Shown one piece after another: positions 1 to 10,510 of a stretch of DNA of 64,000 nucleotides. How positions within the stretch are numbered: position 1 is the stretch's first letter; each line of letters opens with the position of its first letter. The position numbers were made by a program, and so were the translations under genes. Under the pieces are notes generated by a model. The model worked only from the letters and a program-made list of their open reading frames with translations. It searched no databases and had not been told where the DNA came from. This stretch comes from Bdellovibrionota bacterium FG-1 (lineage in GTDB: Bacteria; Bdellovibrionota; UBA1018): the NCBI GenBank assembly GCA_051382295.1, contig JBBCAW010000021.1, positions 64,001 through 128,000 of the forward strand, in the 5' to 3' direction.

Positions 1-489
1 CGCGCCCTGGTTGAAAAGCTGCAGAGCAAGGGGATTGAGGCGATTTTGAGTAGTGATCTCAGTAGGGCAGTAGAGACGGCGCAAATTGTCGCAGCGGAGC
101 TGAAGGTCCCTGTTTTTATTGATTCAGCGCTTCGAGAGGCCTATTTGGGGGCAGCCCAAGGGATGACTTATCAGGAAATTCTTGAACAATTTGGAGAAGA
201 TATCACGGGGCGGTGGCGTTCCAGCCAGCCGACTGATGCGGATGTTTCTTATCCGGGGGGTGAGACGGCTACACAGGTGATTGAGAGAGTGTTTGGGGCC
301 TTGGAACGTTTTATGGAAACCCAAACGAATTTGGTGCGAATCGGCGTTTCGTGTCACGGCGGGGTCATTCGGCGAGTGATGCAGCGCCTGAGACCACCGG
401 GGAGTGATCCGGTACGGATCCCTAATACGGTGCTTTATCAAATCGGTTTTGATCCCCAGATGAAAAAGTGGCATTTGTATGGGGAATAG
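1..489 (+). CDS. Histidine phosphatase (phosphoglycerate mutase-like) family protein, 5'-truncated by window edge
   Basis: Frame open from base 1 (RALVEKLQSKGIEAILSSDLSRAVETA); SSDLxRA, LRE, PGGE and SCHGG motifs. Confidence 0.85.
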   Translation, partial: RALVEKLQSKGIEAILSSDLSRAVETAQIVAAELKVPVFIDSALREAYLGAAQGMTYQEILEQFGEDITGRWRSSQPTDADVSYPGGETATQVIERVFGALERFMETQTNLVRIGVSCHGGVIRRVMQRLRPPGSDPVRIPNTVLYQIGFDPQMKKWHLYGE

Positions 490-515
490 CGGACGGGGAA
501 CAAAGGAGAGTTAAA

Positions 516-1031
516 ATGGGATTCATGAGACTCGTGGGTTTATCGGCGGTATTCTTTTTGATTCCTTGTGCACAAGCCGAGCACACTCGGGTAACCAACC
601 CCAGTGCGGTCAGTGTTGAATTCTTTGGGCGTGGGCTGACTTATGGGTTGTCTTTTGATCGGGTGGTCAGCGATGACCTTGCTGCAGGCGTTAGCCTCGG
701 TCGGGTTTCGCTCAATGATTTGGCCGGCAATGATGCGGGCGTCAGTACGATGCTCATCCCGGTCTATGCCAATTATTACTTCACCCGAGATGCCGGTTCC
801 TTTTTTGCGACGGCGGGGGCAACGCTAATTACCAATAGCGGCGAGGCCAAGGGTCTTAAGGCCACCCTGAGTGGTGTAGAATTTACTTCTTCGACCCCGA
901 TTCTTGCTCAGGTGGGCGTGGGCTATGAAAACCGTGCGGATGCCGGGTATCTTTTTCGGGTAGCCGCCTATGGTATTTTGGGCAAAACGATTGTGCCGTG
1001 GTTTGGGGCTTCATTGGGCTATGCATTTTAG
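516..1031 (+). CDS. Small outer-membrane beta-barrel protein
   Basis: AGGAG SD then ATG at 516; signal peptide, alternating beta-strand pattern, C-terminal LGYAF. Confidence 0.65.
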   Translation: MGFMRLVGLSAVFFLIPCAQAEHTRVTNPSAVSVEFFGRGLTYGLSFDRVVSDDLAAGVSLGRVSLNDLAGNDAGVSTMLIPVYANYYFTRDAGSFFATAGATLITNSGEAKGLKATLSGVEFTSSTPILAQVGVGYENRADAGYLFRVAAYGILGKTIVPWFGASLGYAF

Positions 1032-1049
1032 AGGGGGAAGGGTTGAGCT

Positions 1050-1658
1050 ATGAATCAAATTATTTTTTTGGGCGTGCTGGTTTTGGGTGGTTGTTTTTTA
1101 CAGTCGGGTCAGGCACAGGCTGATTGGCAAGGAACCTTTGAGGTGAATACGGGGGGAGCGGGCGCTTCTCCCAATCGATCTGGAAAGGTTTTTGCTAAGG
1201 CTTCTCGGATGCGAATCGAGGCAACCGCGGAGGGACACAATGTCGTGATCCTTTCGGATATGAAGACTGGAAAGTACTCGATGCTATTAGCGGAACAGAA
1301 AATGGTGATGGAGTTGCCCGCGGATCAAACGACTCAGCAGTTGGTGTTATGTTCTACGGATAATGTTGATTCTTGTTTTAAAAATAAAGGTTTTAAATCG
1401 ATCGGAAAAGAGGTGCTTCAAGGTCACCCGTGCGTGATTTTAGAGGGAAGTGAAAGTCATGGTGGCACGAAGATTTACCACAAGATTTGGCGTCCCACGG
1501 ACCTCAAGGAAGTCTTCATGCTAAAATCTGTTTCTCGCACCAATCAGGAACGCGAAGTGATCGCTGAGATCAAAAACGTCAAAATCATTTCACTGCAGGA
1601 TGCTATTTTTGCGGTTCCGAGTGATTTTCACCGTTTTCAGCTTCCAATGGGACATTAA
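1050..1658 (+). CDS. Secreted LolA-fold/DUF4412-like protein
   Basis: Signal peptide (AQA-D); KxIGKEVLQGHPC and C-terminal FAVPSDF patterns. Confidence 0.55.
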   Translation: MNQIIFLGVLVLGGCFLQSGQAQADWQGTFEVNTGGAGASPNRSGKVFAKASRMRIEATAEGHNVVILSDMKTGKYSMLLAEQKMVMELPADQTTQQLVLCSTDNVDSCFKNKGFKSIGKEVLQGHPCVILEGSESHGGTKIYHKIWRPTDLKEVFMLKSVSRTNQEREVIAEIKNVKIISLQDAIFAVPSDFHRFQLPMGH

Positions 1659-2503
1659 AAATCCGCCATCACCCCCAGATACCCAAAAGTGTCCGTTTTG
1701 TTTTTATATACAAAGTATTTAAGTCGCGGATCCACGCCCGTATAAAATCCAGCGACCAATCTCGCGGTCTGCACATGGTCGGTGGTGAAGTGATTGCCGA
1801 GGTAGGCCCCGATCTGCGCATGAAAAATATTGGCCATGCCGAATTCCTCGGAGCCGGCTTGCTTGAAACTGAAGGCGATATAGGGCGAAGGCTTTTGCCG
1901 GTCATCGGCGCCGCCGAAAGGAAAAAGTTCGAAAAATTCCTCACCCCCGAAGAAGTTCATTGACGGTCCAGCGTGAATCACTGGTAAAAAGGTGACGCCG
2001 GCACGCACATAAAAACCTAGGTCATAGAGAAAACGCGCAAAAAGGAGGTTGTCGCCCAAATTCGGATCAAGCAGGTCTCGATCCACGCCGCCTTCGGCAA
2101 GATGGCCGGAGTAGTGAATGGCACCCAGCGAAAGTCGATAAGCAGGATCGAGCGCAAACTCAAAGACACCTCCTGCATGGACATCGAACTCATCCGTGTA
2201 GATGCGTCCGCTATCGCTAAAAATCATTGAAGCATTGACCGAAGCGATGGCCACTAGTTCAGGATGAGCGGGTGAATCTGGATTGCCATAAATCGCAAAG
2301 TTGCCGGCCACCGCACCCCAGGAGCGCTGCGCGCCGTACCAAAGAAGGGAGGTTTGCTCGTCAATAAAAAGCGCATAGGTTTGATAAAGTTGATGGCTAT
2401 TCTTAGGAAGCAGTTGCCAGTCGGCCTTGGCATTCGAAGGTCCAAAAGAGGTACTTAAGAAAAATAAAAGTCCTAAAAAAAGCGAAAAAATCGTGCGGTT
2501 CAT
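1655..2503 (-). CDS. Hypothetical outer-membrane protein
   Basis: Signal peptide, beta-rich, C-terminal Phe; 10 nt after the GT22 gene. Confidence 0.55.
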   Translation of the reverse strand: MNRTIFSLFLGLLFFLSTSFGPSNAKADWQLLPKNSHQLYQTYALFIDEQTSLLWYGAQRSWGAVAGNFAIYGNPDSPAHPELVAIASVNASMIFSDSGRIYTDEFDVHAGGVFEFALDPAYRLSLGAIHYSGHLAEGGVDRDLLDPNLGDNLLFARFLYDLGFYVRAGVTFLPVIHAGPSMNFFGGEEFFELFPFGGADDRQKPSPYIAFSFKQAGSEEFGMANIFHAQIGAYLGNHFTTDHVQTARLVAGFYTGVDPRLKYFVYKNKTDTFGYLGVMADF

Positions 2504-2512
2504 GACATTCTC

Positions 2513-4081
2513 CTAAAGTTGGCAACGAAACAGCGTCCAGGCATTGGCGCGCTCCAGCCATTGAAAAAAGTTGATGTATTTGACCCAAGTTCCCAGCGTT
2601 CGATAGGCCGGGGTACAATGCGCGGCGATCGGGCTGGCTTGAGGGGGTAAATCAAACTTGTGAGAAAACACCCATAAAGGTTCTTGGGGGTGTTTCTGAA
2701 GTTTTTCAGCGAGCTGTCCATAATCTTGAAAGGCCGTGGTGACGAGCTGAGGAGGACGATAAAAATAGACAGGATTTCCTAAAACGAGATAGGGATCCCG
2801 TTCTTGATAAAAAATTTCAAAGCGTTGGGCCTGCGCGGGAATGAGGTCTGCCACGGCCTCGTAAAATTGAGCCGTACGAGAATAGGGAAGGACGCAGAGC
2901 GCCGCGAGGGCGAGGATATTGTTAGCCACTAAAAAGCGCCACAGCCAGCGAAAAGCAGGGCTTTCGAGGGGATCGAAAAAACGTCCGGTTTGGCGAGAAA
3001 CAAGGGCCAAGGTGATCAGCGCTGGTCCCGCTAGAGCCAGTGGAAAGAAAAATCGGAGTTCTTTGTGCGGGATCAACTCATGCACCAAGAAAAACGGTAC
3101 TTGGCTCCAGGTTAGAATATGCCTGGGATGACGAACCCACGCCACCAGCGTGATAGCCGCTAGCGCGGTGCCGATGAACGGCCAAGACTCCGTAAACGAC
3201 ATCCGGAACACGTCCCACCAGGGAGCGTTACCGAAGCGATTGACCTCGCCGCGAATCAGGTTGTAGTGCAAGTAACGCCAGGGACTGAATACCCACTCGC
3301 CATACCCCCAGTGGTCCACAATACGGCCGAGTCCCACCATCAGTCCAAAACCTACAACCAGTGCCAGGCCGATTCGAAAACGCGGAAAGGTTGCAGCTGT
3401 CGCACCGGGACGGAAAAAAAGCCAAGCTCCCAAGCCTACGATCATAAAGCCCATTTGAAATCGGGCTTCAAAGCTCAAACCCAGCAGCATTCCGGCCAAA
3501 AGCCAAAGAGGAAAACGGATCATCGCATCAGGTAAAACCAGCGGTCCTACAGTCGTGAGGGTTTTAGGGTGAGGAGTAGCGAGCCAATCACAGAGAGCCA
3601 TGCCCAGAAGAAATGCGGAACCCGCGAGGCTCTCCGAGGAAGGTCGTACATGAAGCGAAGGTAAAAACCATAGCAGTGCGGCCGCCATTACGCTCAAGCG
3701 CCGCGCTCGCTCGGATTCAAACCAGTCGGTTGCCCTGAGTGCGATGGCCAGCGAGCTCGCCCAACCGATGAGTCCGGTGGCGAGCCTGAAACTAAAGGCC
3801 CAGGTGAATGGGCTTTTAACCCCCACCGCGAGCCAAGTTTGAGTCATGCACCAATATAGAAAAGGCTGCATCCACGGCCGCATTCGTTCCGAGAATTCGA
3901 CCGCCAGATCTTTCATCGGCGTTCCGCCGAGTTTGTAATTAAGGAACTCAAGAATTTGAAAATATTCGTCGGCCGAATGATAGCCTCGGCTGAACCAGGC
4001 CGTGATGATATGAAGAATGAGGCTAAGCCCCATCCATCGGATGACGAAATTTCGCCATTCACGGCTTTGGGCTAAGCTCAT
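2513..4081 (-). CDS. Alg9/PIG-B-like GT-C mannosyltransferase (GT22)
   Basis: Polytopic membrane protein with DEYFQ loop after TM1 and HKELRF motif. Confidence 0.8.
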   Translation of the reverse strand: MSLAQSREWRNFVIRWMGLSLILHIITAWFSRGYHSADEYFQILEFLNYKLGGTPMKDLAVEFSERMRPWMQPFLYWCMTQTWLAVGVKSPFTWAFSFRLATGLIGWASSLAIALRATDWFESERARRLSVMAAALLWFLPSLHVRPSSESLAGSAFLLGMALCDWLATPHPKTLTTVGPLVLPDAMIRFPLWLLAGMLLGLSFEARFQMGFMIVGLGAWLFFRPGATAATFPRFRIGLALVVGFGLMVGLGRIVDHWGYGEWVFSPWRYLHYNLIRGEVNRFGNAPWWDVFRMSFTESWPFIGTALAAITLVAWVRHPRHILTWSQVPFFLVHELIPHKELRFFFPLALAGPALITLALVSRQTGRFFDPLESPAFRWLWRFLVANNILALAALCVLPYSRTAQFYEAVADLIPAQAQRFEIFYQERDPYLVLGNPVYFYRPPQLVTTAFQDYGQLAEKLQKHPQEPLWVFSHKFDLPPQASPIAAHCTPAYRTLGTWVKYINFFQWLERANAWTLFRCQL

Positions 4082-5283
4082 GTTCGAGTTTCCTTTGCGG
4101 ATAGGACCAGGCTGATGGCCGCGATGATCACGCCCCAGGATTTAATGCCCGCTAATTCAAGCGGTTTGACCAGGGTTTTCCCGAGGACTTGAGGGATAAA
4201 AATTCCGATGCAGCAGGTGCCCAGAATGGCGATTGCAATCAGACGTCGATTGCCGATCTTGACCGCGCGAGCGACTGCAAGGGTGCAAAGCGGATAAGCG
4301 AGCACAAACGAATGGTGCCAGGCCAGTGGATGTACGATGAGGGCCAGCGCAATCCAACCTGCCCATCTTTCGGCCTCGGTGAGGCGCGCACTATTGCGTT
4401 GCCAAAGAGTACCCAAGATGAGGGCCAAAGATCCCGCCGTTACGATGTCAGCGGTAGCGCTGAGCGAACTGACCTTGAGAGTCCGCAAAATCAGGGCGGT
4501 GAGGCCGTGGTTGCCTTGTCCGCGAACGATTTCGGCGCCGAGCTGGGAGCCTCCGCTGGATGCGGCCATCGAAAAATCCCGATAATACTGGGTTAATGAT
4601 TGTTGGCCGGTCTTCCAAGAAACCAAAACAAGGATCGCATGGGAGGTGATGACGATCAATGAGGCCCAAAGCCATGGAGCGGGTCTGAGAAAGCGGCGCC
4701 AAATTCCGCCTAAGGTAAAAAGCGAAAATACCTTAGCGGAAAGCACCCAGGCCAACAGGCCTTCTCTGAAGCCGGTGCCTTGTTGAAGAGTCGCGGGGTC
4801 TTGGGGGCGTAAATCCGCAGGATAAGCCCAAAGTGAAGCGGTGAGTAAAATGAGCGTAAATTGACCTGCTGCAAAATGGGCATGAATCATCCACCAAAAC
4901 AGACATCCGACAAAACAAGCGAGTCGCCGAGGCACCCCCTGATGAACACACCAAAAAAGAGTATAGGCGAGACAAAGAACCTCGATGCCAAACCAACTGT
5001 GGCGAGCGGCTTCCCAGCTGAGAGCGCCTATTGGAAGAAAAAGGGGTAAAATCCAGGGGGGATATTTGAACACAAACCCGTGGTCCTCTGTCGTAAAGGC
5101 GTAAGGATTGCCTCCGGCAAGCCAGATATGGGCGGCTTTCCAATAAACATGAAAATCTTCAGCATACGCTTCACTATCCCGAAACATTCTTTTAAGCGCG
5201 GCTAGCGCAAGTATGCCAAAAAGTACGTCGATCCACATGCGGTCACGCCAAAAGCGGCGTTTAAGAGATTCGAGCTTAGACAT
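4078..5283 (-). CDS. GT87-like GT-C glycosyltransferase
   Basis: DFHVYW, NPY, FKYPP, GQ and WHH motifs; ATGA overlap with GT22 gene; start moved to MSKLES. Confidence 0.8.
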   Translation of the reverse strand: MSKLESLKRRFWRDRMWIDVLFGILALAALKRMFRDSEAYAEDFHVYWKAAHIWLAGGNPYAFTTEDHGFVFKYPPWILPLFLPIGALSWEAARHSWFGIEVLCLAYTLFWCVHQGVPRRLACFVGCLFWWMIHAHFAAGQFTLILLTASLWAYPADLRPQDPATLQQGTGFREGLLAWVLSAKVFSLFTLGGIWRRFLRPAPWLWASLIVITSHAILVLVSWKTGQQSLTQYYRDFSMAASSGGSQLGAEIVRGQGNHGLTALILRTLKVSSLSATADIVTAGSLALILGTLWQRNSARLTEAERWAGWIALALIVHPLAWHHSFVLAYPLCTLAVARAVKIGNRRLIAIAILGTCCIGIFIPQVLGKTLVKPLELAGIKSWGVIIAAISLVLSAKETRT

Positions 5284-5290
5284 GGCTAGA

Positions 5291-6355
5291 TCAATACCCA
5301 AAGCTCGCCCCAAAAGAAAGGGACGAGGAGGTAATGGTGACTGGTATAATCGTCCCATTGGTGGCTACGCCATCGATGACCAGACTGAGCTGGGATGCGT
5401 CGAGGGAGAGCCCCCAGGTGTGACCAGAGAGCATCAGATAGGTGTAAGATAGACCTGTTGCGATTTCGTGATTTGTCAATGGTGAAAGGCTAAAGTCTGC
5501 AGATACGGGTGAGAATTTGAAATACACCAAGATCGAATCCCCCTTGTTCAATGTTCGACGCAGAGTTGGATAAATCTGAGGACCTGTCATATTTGTGAAG
5601 CCAAAGGTATTGGAGGCAACAAACATTGTCGTATAGTAACCGCCAAAAAACAGAGAGAGCTTCCAAGGTTCTTGAATAAAAGGTAGGGCATAGCCAAGTC
5701 GTAGATTCACTCCAAAAAAACGCGCGGAATCGGCGCGACTAGCAGCAAACGAGGCGATGGTAAAATAGGTCGTGAGCCCGAGGTCCCAGCGGGGAGGAGC
5801 TAAAAGAAAAGTGTAACCCAGTTTGCTGGTAACCCCCCATTCGTTGAATGGGTCAAACCGCGAATCGGTCACCTGGATCCTGCTGAGGCCTCCGCCGGCG
5901 AAAAAAAGGTTTCTTTTTTGGGACGGTGTTTCTTTGAGTTTTTTCCATTCAGGGATGTAAATGATCACTTCTTGTTTGCGGATTGTGCCATGGGAGTCAA
6001 TGACGGAGATCTCAATTTTACTGTTCTGCGCGAGGAGAGTAGCAGGGAATGAAAAGTCCCCGCCATCGCGGACGGGTAAGATGTCGTCTTTCCAAATCAG
6101 ACTGGCATGGGGGATCGGGCAATGGCCTGAAATCAGGGCGATGATGGAAATTTTCTTTCCTTGAGTGTGAATTTCGATTGCAGGCCCTTTTTCCGTGAAT
6201 TGTAAATCGGGAGCTTTAGGGCGAGCCCCCCCCAAAAAATAAAGGGCAGTATCTTTAGGGGTTTTTTCGATCGTTTCGGCGGCGCAGGGATGTCCTAGTA
6301 CCAGGAAAAACAGGGTCAAGCCGATCAAAGTAGAAAAGTCTTTATGGATAGACAA
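5291..6355 (-). CDS. Hypothetical exported protein with C-terminal beta-barrel
   Basis: Signal peptide, C-terminal half beta-strand pattern ending FGY. Confidence 0.5.
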   Translation of the reverse strand: MSIHKDFSTLIGLTLFFLVLGHPCAAETIEKTPKDTALYFLGGARPKAPDLQFTEKGPAIEIHTQGKKISIIALISGHCPIPHASLIWKDDILPVRDGGDFSFPATLLAQNSKIEISVIDSHGTIRKQEVIIYIPEWKKLKETPSQKRNLFFAGGGLSRIQVTDSRFDPFNEWGVTSKLGYTFLLAPPRWDLGLTTYFTIASFAASRADSARFFGVNLRLGYALPFIQEPWKLSLFFGGYYTTMFVASNTFGFTNMTGPQIYPTLRRTLNKGDSILVYFKFSPVSADFSLSPLTNHEIATGLSYTYLMLSGHTWGLSLDASQLSLVIDGVATNGTIIPVTITSSSLSFGASFGY

Positions 6356-6416
6356 GCCCCATGGATCTCCTCTATTTCAAAGTAACATGCCTCTGCTTAT
6401 GATCAAAACTGCAATT

Positions 6417-7211
6417 CTAATCGATAGTTGAAGCTATCGGACTGAGGTTCAGGGCGAGGCCTCGGGCGGTCTTTTGAATGATCTCCAGTGCTTCGGCGGG
6501 ATCATCGGTGAGATGAATGAAATCGAGGTCTGTCGGCGCCACGGCTCCCTGTGCGACGAGAGTGTCCCGAATCCAGTCCAGTAGACCTTTCCAATAGTTT
6601 TTTCCCATCAGGATGACTGGAAAATCGTAGAGCTTGCCGGTTTGAATGAGGGTAACGGCTTCGGTCATTTCGTCCAAAGTACCCATTCCGCCTGGCAAGA
6701 TCACAAAAGCATAGGAGTATTTGACAAGCATCACCTTTCGCACAAAGAAGTAATAAAAGGTAATGAAGTGATCCAGATAGGGATTGGGACGCTGCTCGTA
6801 AGGAAGGATAATGTTACAACCGATCGCTTGCCCTCCTGCCTCTTTTGCACCTCGATTAGCGGCTTCCATGAGTCCCGGGCCTCCGCCGGTCATGACCGCA
6901 AAACCCTCGCGCGCGAGCACGCCACCCATCTTGCGGGCAAGTTCATAGTAGGGGTGGCCCTCGCGAAAGCGTGCCGATCCAAACACGGTCACCGTTGGAG
7001 CCAGGCGATGAAATTTCATAAAACCTCGCCAAAACTCGATGCCGATTCGGATGAGTCGCCCCATCTCTCGCCAGCGCGAGTGCCGTCCCGCAAGAAATTG
7101 CGCTTCACTTTGGCGGTTTGCCGGCCGCCTTTCTAGCTCAAGGTGTTTGAGGTTGCTCAGTCGTTTAAGTTTGGGTTGAGGATTCAAAAATTTTTGCCAA
7201 GGCGACCACAT
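6417..7211 (-). CDS. LOG family (TIGR00730-like) nucleotide phosphoribohydrolase
   Basis: VFGSAR, TGGGPGLMEAAN, RK and PGGMGTLDE motifs. Confidence 0.9.
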   Translation of the reverse strand: MWSPWQKFLNPQPKLKRLSNLKHLELERRPANRQSEAQFLAGRHSRWREMGRLIRIGIEFWRGFMKFHRLAPTVTVFGSARFREGHPYYELARKMGGVLAREGFAVMTGGGPGLMEAANRGAKEAGGQAIGCNIILPYEQRPNPYLDHFITFYYFFVRKVMLVKYSYAFVILPGGMGTLDEMTEAVTLIQTGKLYDFPVILMGKNYWKGLLDWIRDTLVAQGAVAPTDLDFIHLTDDPAEALEIIQKTARGLALNLSPIASTID

Positions 7212-7293
7212 AGGTGCATGAGCTTATCGAATCGGGGGTGTTTGCGAAAGGCTAAAGTAGACTCACCTAGTCAAAATATGTTAAGGGTAAGCG

Positions 7294-9216
7294 ATGCGCA
7301 TTTTGTTGCTCACCCCTCCTATGACTCAGCTCAATACTCCGTATCCTGCGACGGCGTATTTGAAGGGGTTTTTGCGCAAGGAGCGTCCTGATCTGGATGT
7401 GCGGCAGGCTGACCCCGCGATTGAGCTGGTGCTCCGTCTTTTTTCAAAAAAGGGGGTCAGGCGAGTCTGTGCGGACTTGGATCGATACAAGTTTAAAGAT
7501 GTCTTGCAGGCCCAAGACGCAATTGAGCGGGCGATGGAACCTGCGATCCGGTTTTTGCAGGGTAAGGATCCGAGTTTGGCGATTCGAATCGCAAGTCGTG
7601 AGTTTTTGCCCGAAGGACCTCGCTTCGCTACGATCAAGGAGCAGGGGGGGGACGGGACGTCAGCTGAGGACCCGTTATTTTGGGCTTTTGGTCAATTAGG
7701 CGTTCAAGATCGGGCAAAATATTTGGCGAGTCTCTTTGTCGATGACTGGGCGGATGTGATCCGCCAGGGGATTGATCCGCGTTTTGAGCTGTCCAAATAT
7801 GCCGAAAAACTGGCCGCCAGTACCGAAAGCTTTGATCCTCTGGGTGAGGCGTTGGAAAACTCCGAAACTACGTTGGTCGACCGGATTTTGGATGAGATGA
7901 CCACGGAACTTGTCGCCCAGCACCGTCCCGATATTGTGGGAATTTCAGTGCCTTTTCCGGGCAATGTGTATGGCGGGCTCAGGATCGCTCGGCGAATCAA
8001 AAAGCTCACGCCCCTCACGCGGGTGATTTTGGGGGGCGGGTATGCCAATACTGAGCTGAGAGAACTTTCGGATCCAAGAGTTTTTGATTACGTAGATTTT
8101 ATTACGCTGGATGACGGGGAGCGGCCGTTCTTAAGTCTTTTGGAGCTTTTTGAGGGAAAGAGAAACTCGGATCAGCTTTTGCGTACCTTTGTTTGCGAAG
8201 GCGGAAAGGTCGCTTTCAAAAATGATGCTTCCTTAACTGACTTTGCGTTTCGAGAAGTGGGAACGCCGACCTATGAGGGGCTCAAACTCGACCAATACTT
8301 ATCCATTGTTGAAATGCTCAATCCGATGCATCGGATTTGGTCAGATGGTCGTTGGAATAAAGTGACGCTTGCTCATGGCTGTTATTGGAAGAAATGCAAT
8401 TTTTGTGATGTGAATCTGGACTATATCGGTCGTTATGATCCTGCGGCCGCGGAGCAAATCGTGGATCGGATTGAGGCGCTGGTGCAAGAGACCGGTCAAT
8501 CGGGTTTTCATCTCGTGGATGAGGCCGCCCCTCCGACTTTGTTGAAAGCTATGGCGGAGAGGTTGCTTGCGCGGGGAGTGGTGATCACTTGGTGGGGTAA
8601 TATCCGTTTTGAAAAAGCCTTTACCCCTGCTTTGGCTGAGTTGTTGGCTCGCTCCGGATGTGTGGCGGTGAGTGGGGGACTCGAGGTGGCCTCGGACCGC
8701 CTTTTAAAATTGATGAACAAAGGGGTGAGTGTTGAGCAGGTCGCTCGTGTGACGAATTCATTTACCCAAGCTGGCATTATGGTGCATGCCTATCTGATGT
8801 ATGGTTTTCCGACTCAAACCGAGGGCGAAACCATGGATGCGCTTGATCGTGTGCGCCAACTTTTTGCGGCTGGCTGCATTCAGTCGGCATACTGGCATCG
8901 ATTTTCGGCAACCGTGCATAGCCCGATCGGGCGCGCGCCTGAAAAGTTTGGCATTCGGATTTTGAAGCGGCCCCCTCCGGTCGCTGGAGTTTTTGCGCGT
9001 AACGATTTGGTCTTCAAAGATCCTGTAGGAGCCGATCACGATCGGTTGGGAGTGGGGCTGAAAAAAGCCATTTACAATTATATGCATGGGGCAGGGCTGG
9101 ACGAGGATGTGAGGTGCTGGTTTGAGGAGGTCCAGGTCGGCAAAAAAGGCCGGGCGCGATTTCAAATGCCAGCGGCGCAGGTACCGCCGGACTTGATTCA
9201 GAGGGCGTTGGAGTAG
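7294..9216 (+). CDS. B12-binding domain radical SAM protein
   Basis: N-terminal LLLTPP, GGG B12-binding fold, GCYWKKCNFC cluster motif, GLE, MYGFP. Confidence 0.85.
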   Translation: MRILLLTPPMTQLNTPYPATAYLKGFLRKERPDLDVRQADPAIELVLRLFSKKGVRRVCADLDRYKFKDVLQAQDAIERAMEPAIRFLQGKDPSLAIRIASREFLPEGPRFATIKEQGGDGTSAEDPLFWAFGQLGVQDRAKYLASLFVDDWADVIRQGIDPRFELSKYAEKLAASTESFDPLGEALENSETTLVDRILDEMTTELVAQHRPDIVGISVPFPGNVYGGLRIARRIKKLTPLTRVILGGGYANTELRELSDPRVFDYVDFITLDDGERPFLSLLELFEGKRNSDQLLRTFVCEGGKVAFKNDASLTDFAFREVGTPTYEGLKLDQYLSIVEMLNPMHRIWSDGRWNKVTLAHGCYWKKCNFCDVNLDYIGRYDPAAAEQIVDRIEALVQETGQSGFHLVDEAAPPTLLKAMAERLLARGVVITWWGNIRFEKAFTPALAELLARSGCVAVSGGLEVASDRLLKLMNKGVSVEQVARVTNSFTQAGIMVHAYLMYGFPTQTEGETMDALDRVRQLFAAGCIQSAYWHRFSATVHSPIGRAPEKFGIRILKRPPPVAGVFARNDLVFKDPVGADHDRLGVGLKKAIYNYMHGAGLDEDVRCWFEEVQVGKKGRARFQMPAAQVPPDLIQRALE

Positions 9217-9296
9217 GTCCCTGCCGTTTTGTCCCTTGAAGGGTTGTCTTTTAGTTATTTTGCCTGGATAATGAATTCAAAGAGGAATCCACTGGC

Positions 9297-9764
9297 ATGC
9301 TAGAAAAATCCGAAACCAAGAAGAAAGCTTTGCGTGGCCACTGGCTCATTTACCCCAAATTTCAACTGGGGTTGATTGGAGTGAATGCCTTGGTCATGGC
9401 CGGAGCTATGGCCTTGGTCGCCTATCAGTTTCACCGTTCCATGCAGAAACTCAAAGAGATGGGGCGCGTCGCTGGGTTGACCGAGGGCCATGCTTATTTT
9501 CGCTTCTTGGATCTTCAGAGTACGACGATTTCTTCGTATATCGGTATTGCTTTTGTCGTAGCTTTCTGTCTTTCGCTGGTTTTGACTCTTGTTTTTTCGC
9601 ACCGACTCGCTGGACCGATTGTGCGACTCAAGGGGTTTTTTAGAGCTATTTCTGAAGGTAAGGAGCCCGTGCAATATTCGGTCAAATTCAGGCAGGGAGA
9701 TTTTTTTGGCGATTTGCCGCCACTCGTGAATTCCGCAATCAATAAGATGCGCGGTTCACGCTAA
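9297..9764 (+). CDS. Two-TM protein with HAMP-like domain
   Basis: Two TM helices followed by SHRLAGPIVRL...FRQGD. Confidence 0.6.
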   Translation: MLEKSETKKKALRGHWLIYPKFQLGLIGVNALVMAGAMALVAYQFHRSMQKLKEMGRVAGLTEGHAYFRFLDLQSTTISSYIGIAFVVAFCLSLVLTLVFSHRLAGPIVRLKGFFRAISEGKEPVQYSVKFRQGDFFGDLPPLVNSAINKMRGSR

Positions 9765-9782
9765 ATTTTATCGACTTTACTC

Positions 9783-10463
9783 ATGAGTATGGCTTCGATT
9801 CGTTTTCGCATTTTTCCTCTGGCTTGCGTGGTTTTTGCCACCGGGGTTATGCTCATGGGGGTTTTAGCCGACCCGACTGTGTTTCAGCCGCAGCCTATTC
9901 GGTCTGCGTCATCCACTGGATCGGGTGAGGTTCTGGCCGATCTTACCCAAGCGACTCATGGCGGTCTTCAGCATTGGCGCAGGATTTATTATTTTTCGAC
10001 CCATATTCCTGAAGTCTGCTGGGCCAATAATGCGGTCAACGAGTTTCAGAAAAAACAATGTGGTGAGTTTTGGGAGCATTTAGAATACGGCGTTTTGTTG
10101 AGCTTTCTCCCATGGGCCATCGGCGGGCTGTTTTGGTCGGTTATGATGAGATCTTATCGACGGGTGAGGAAGCAACTCTCTCGACGAATAGCGAGTCAGA
10201 AACCCGTGAGTCGTGGCGTTATTACTTCTCCTGCCGAAGCACCTTCCGAATTTTTCGGGTGGTTTTATGACCTTCGCGCGATGGGTGTTCAATTGTCTTC
10301 AGGGGAGCAAATCAAAGTATTCATTGCCAAGACTGACGCCGTGCCGCGGCCGGGGCAAACCATGCTGGTCTATGAATCGATAATGACATGGGGCGGTGCA
10401 AGGTGGGTTGGGACGGTGCATACCCCTCATTTAGCGGTTGTGCCAGGAGTTCGTGGAGTTTGA
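9783..10463 (+). CDS. Hypothetical membrane protein
   Basis: 226-aa ORF with two hydrophobic segments, co-oriented with neighbours. Confidence 0.5.
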   Translation: MSMASIRFRIFPLACVVFATGVMLMGVLADPTVFQPQPIRSASSTGSGEVLADLTQATHGGLQHWRRIYYFSTHIPEVCWANNAVNEFQKKQCGEFWEHLEYGVLLSFLPWAIGGLFWSVMMRSYRRVRKQLSRRIASQKPVSRGVITSPAEAPSEFFGWFYDLRAMGVQLSSGEQIKVFIAKTDAVPRPGQTMLVYESIMTWGGARWVGTVHTPHLAVVPGVRGV

Positions 10464-10510
10464 TCGCAATAGACAGAGGCGGGCCACGTGTGCGATGACC
10501 TTTCAACGCA

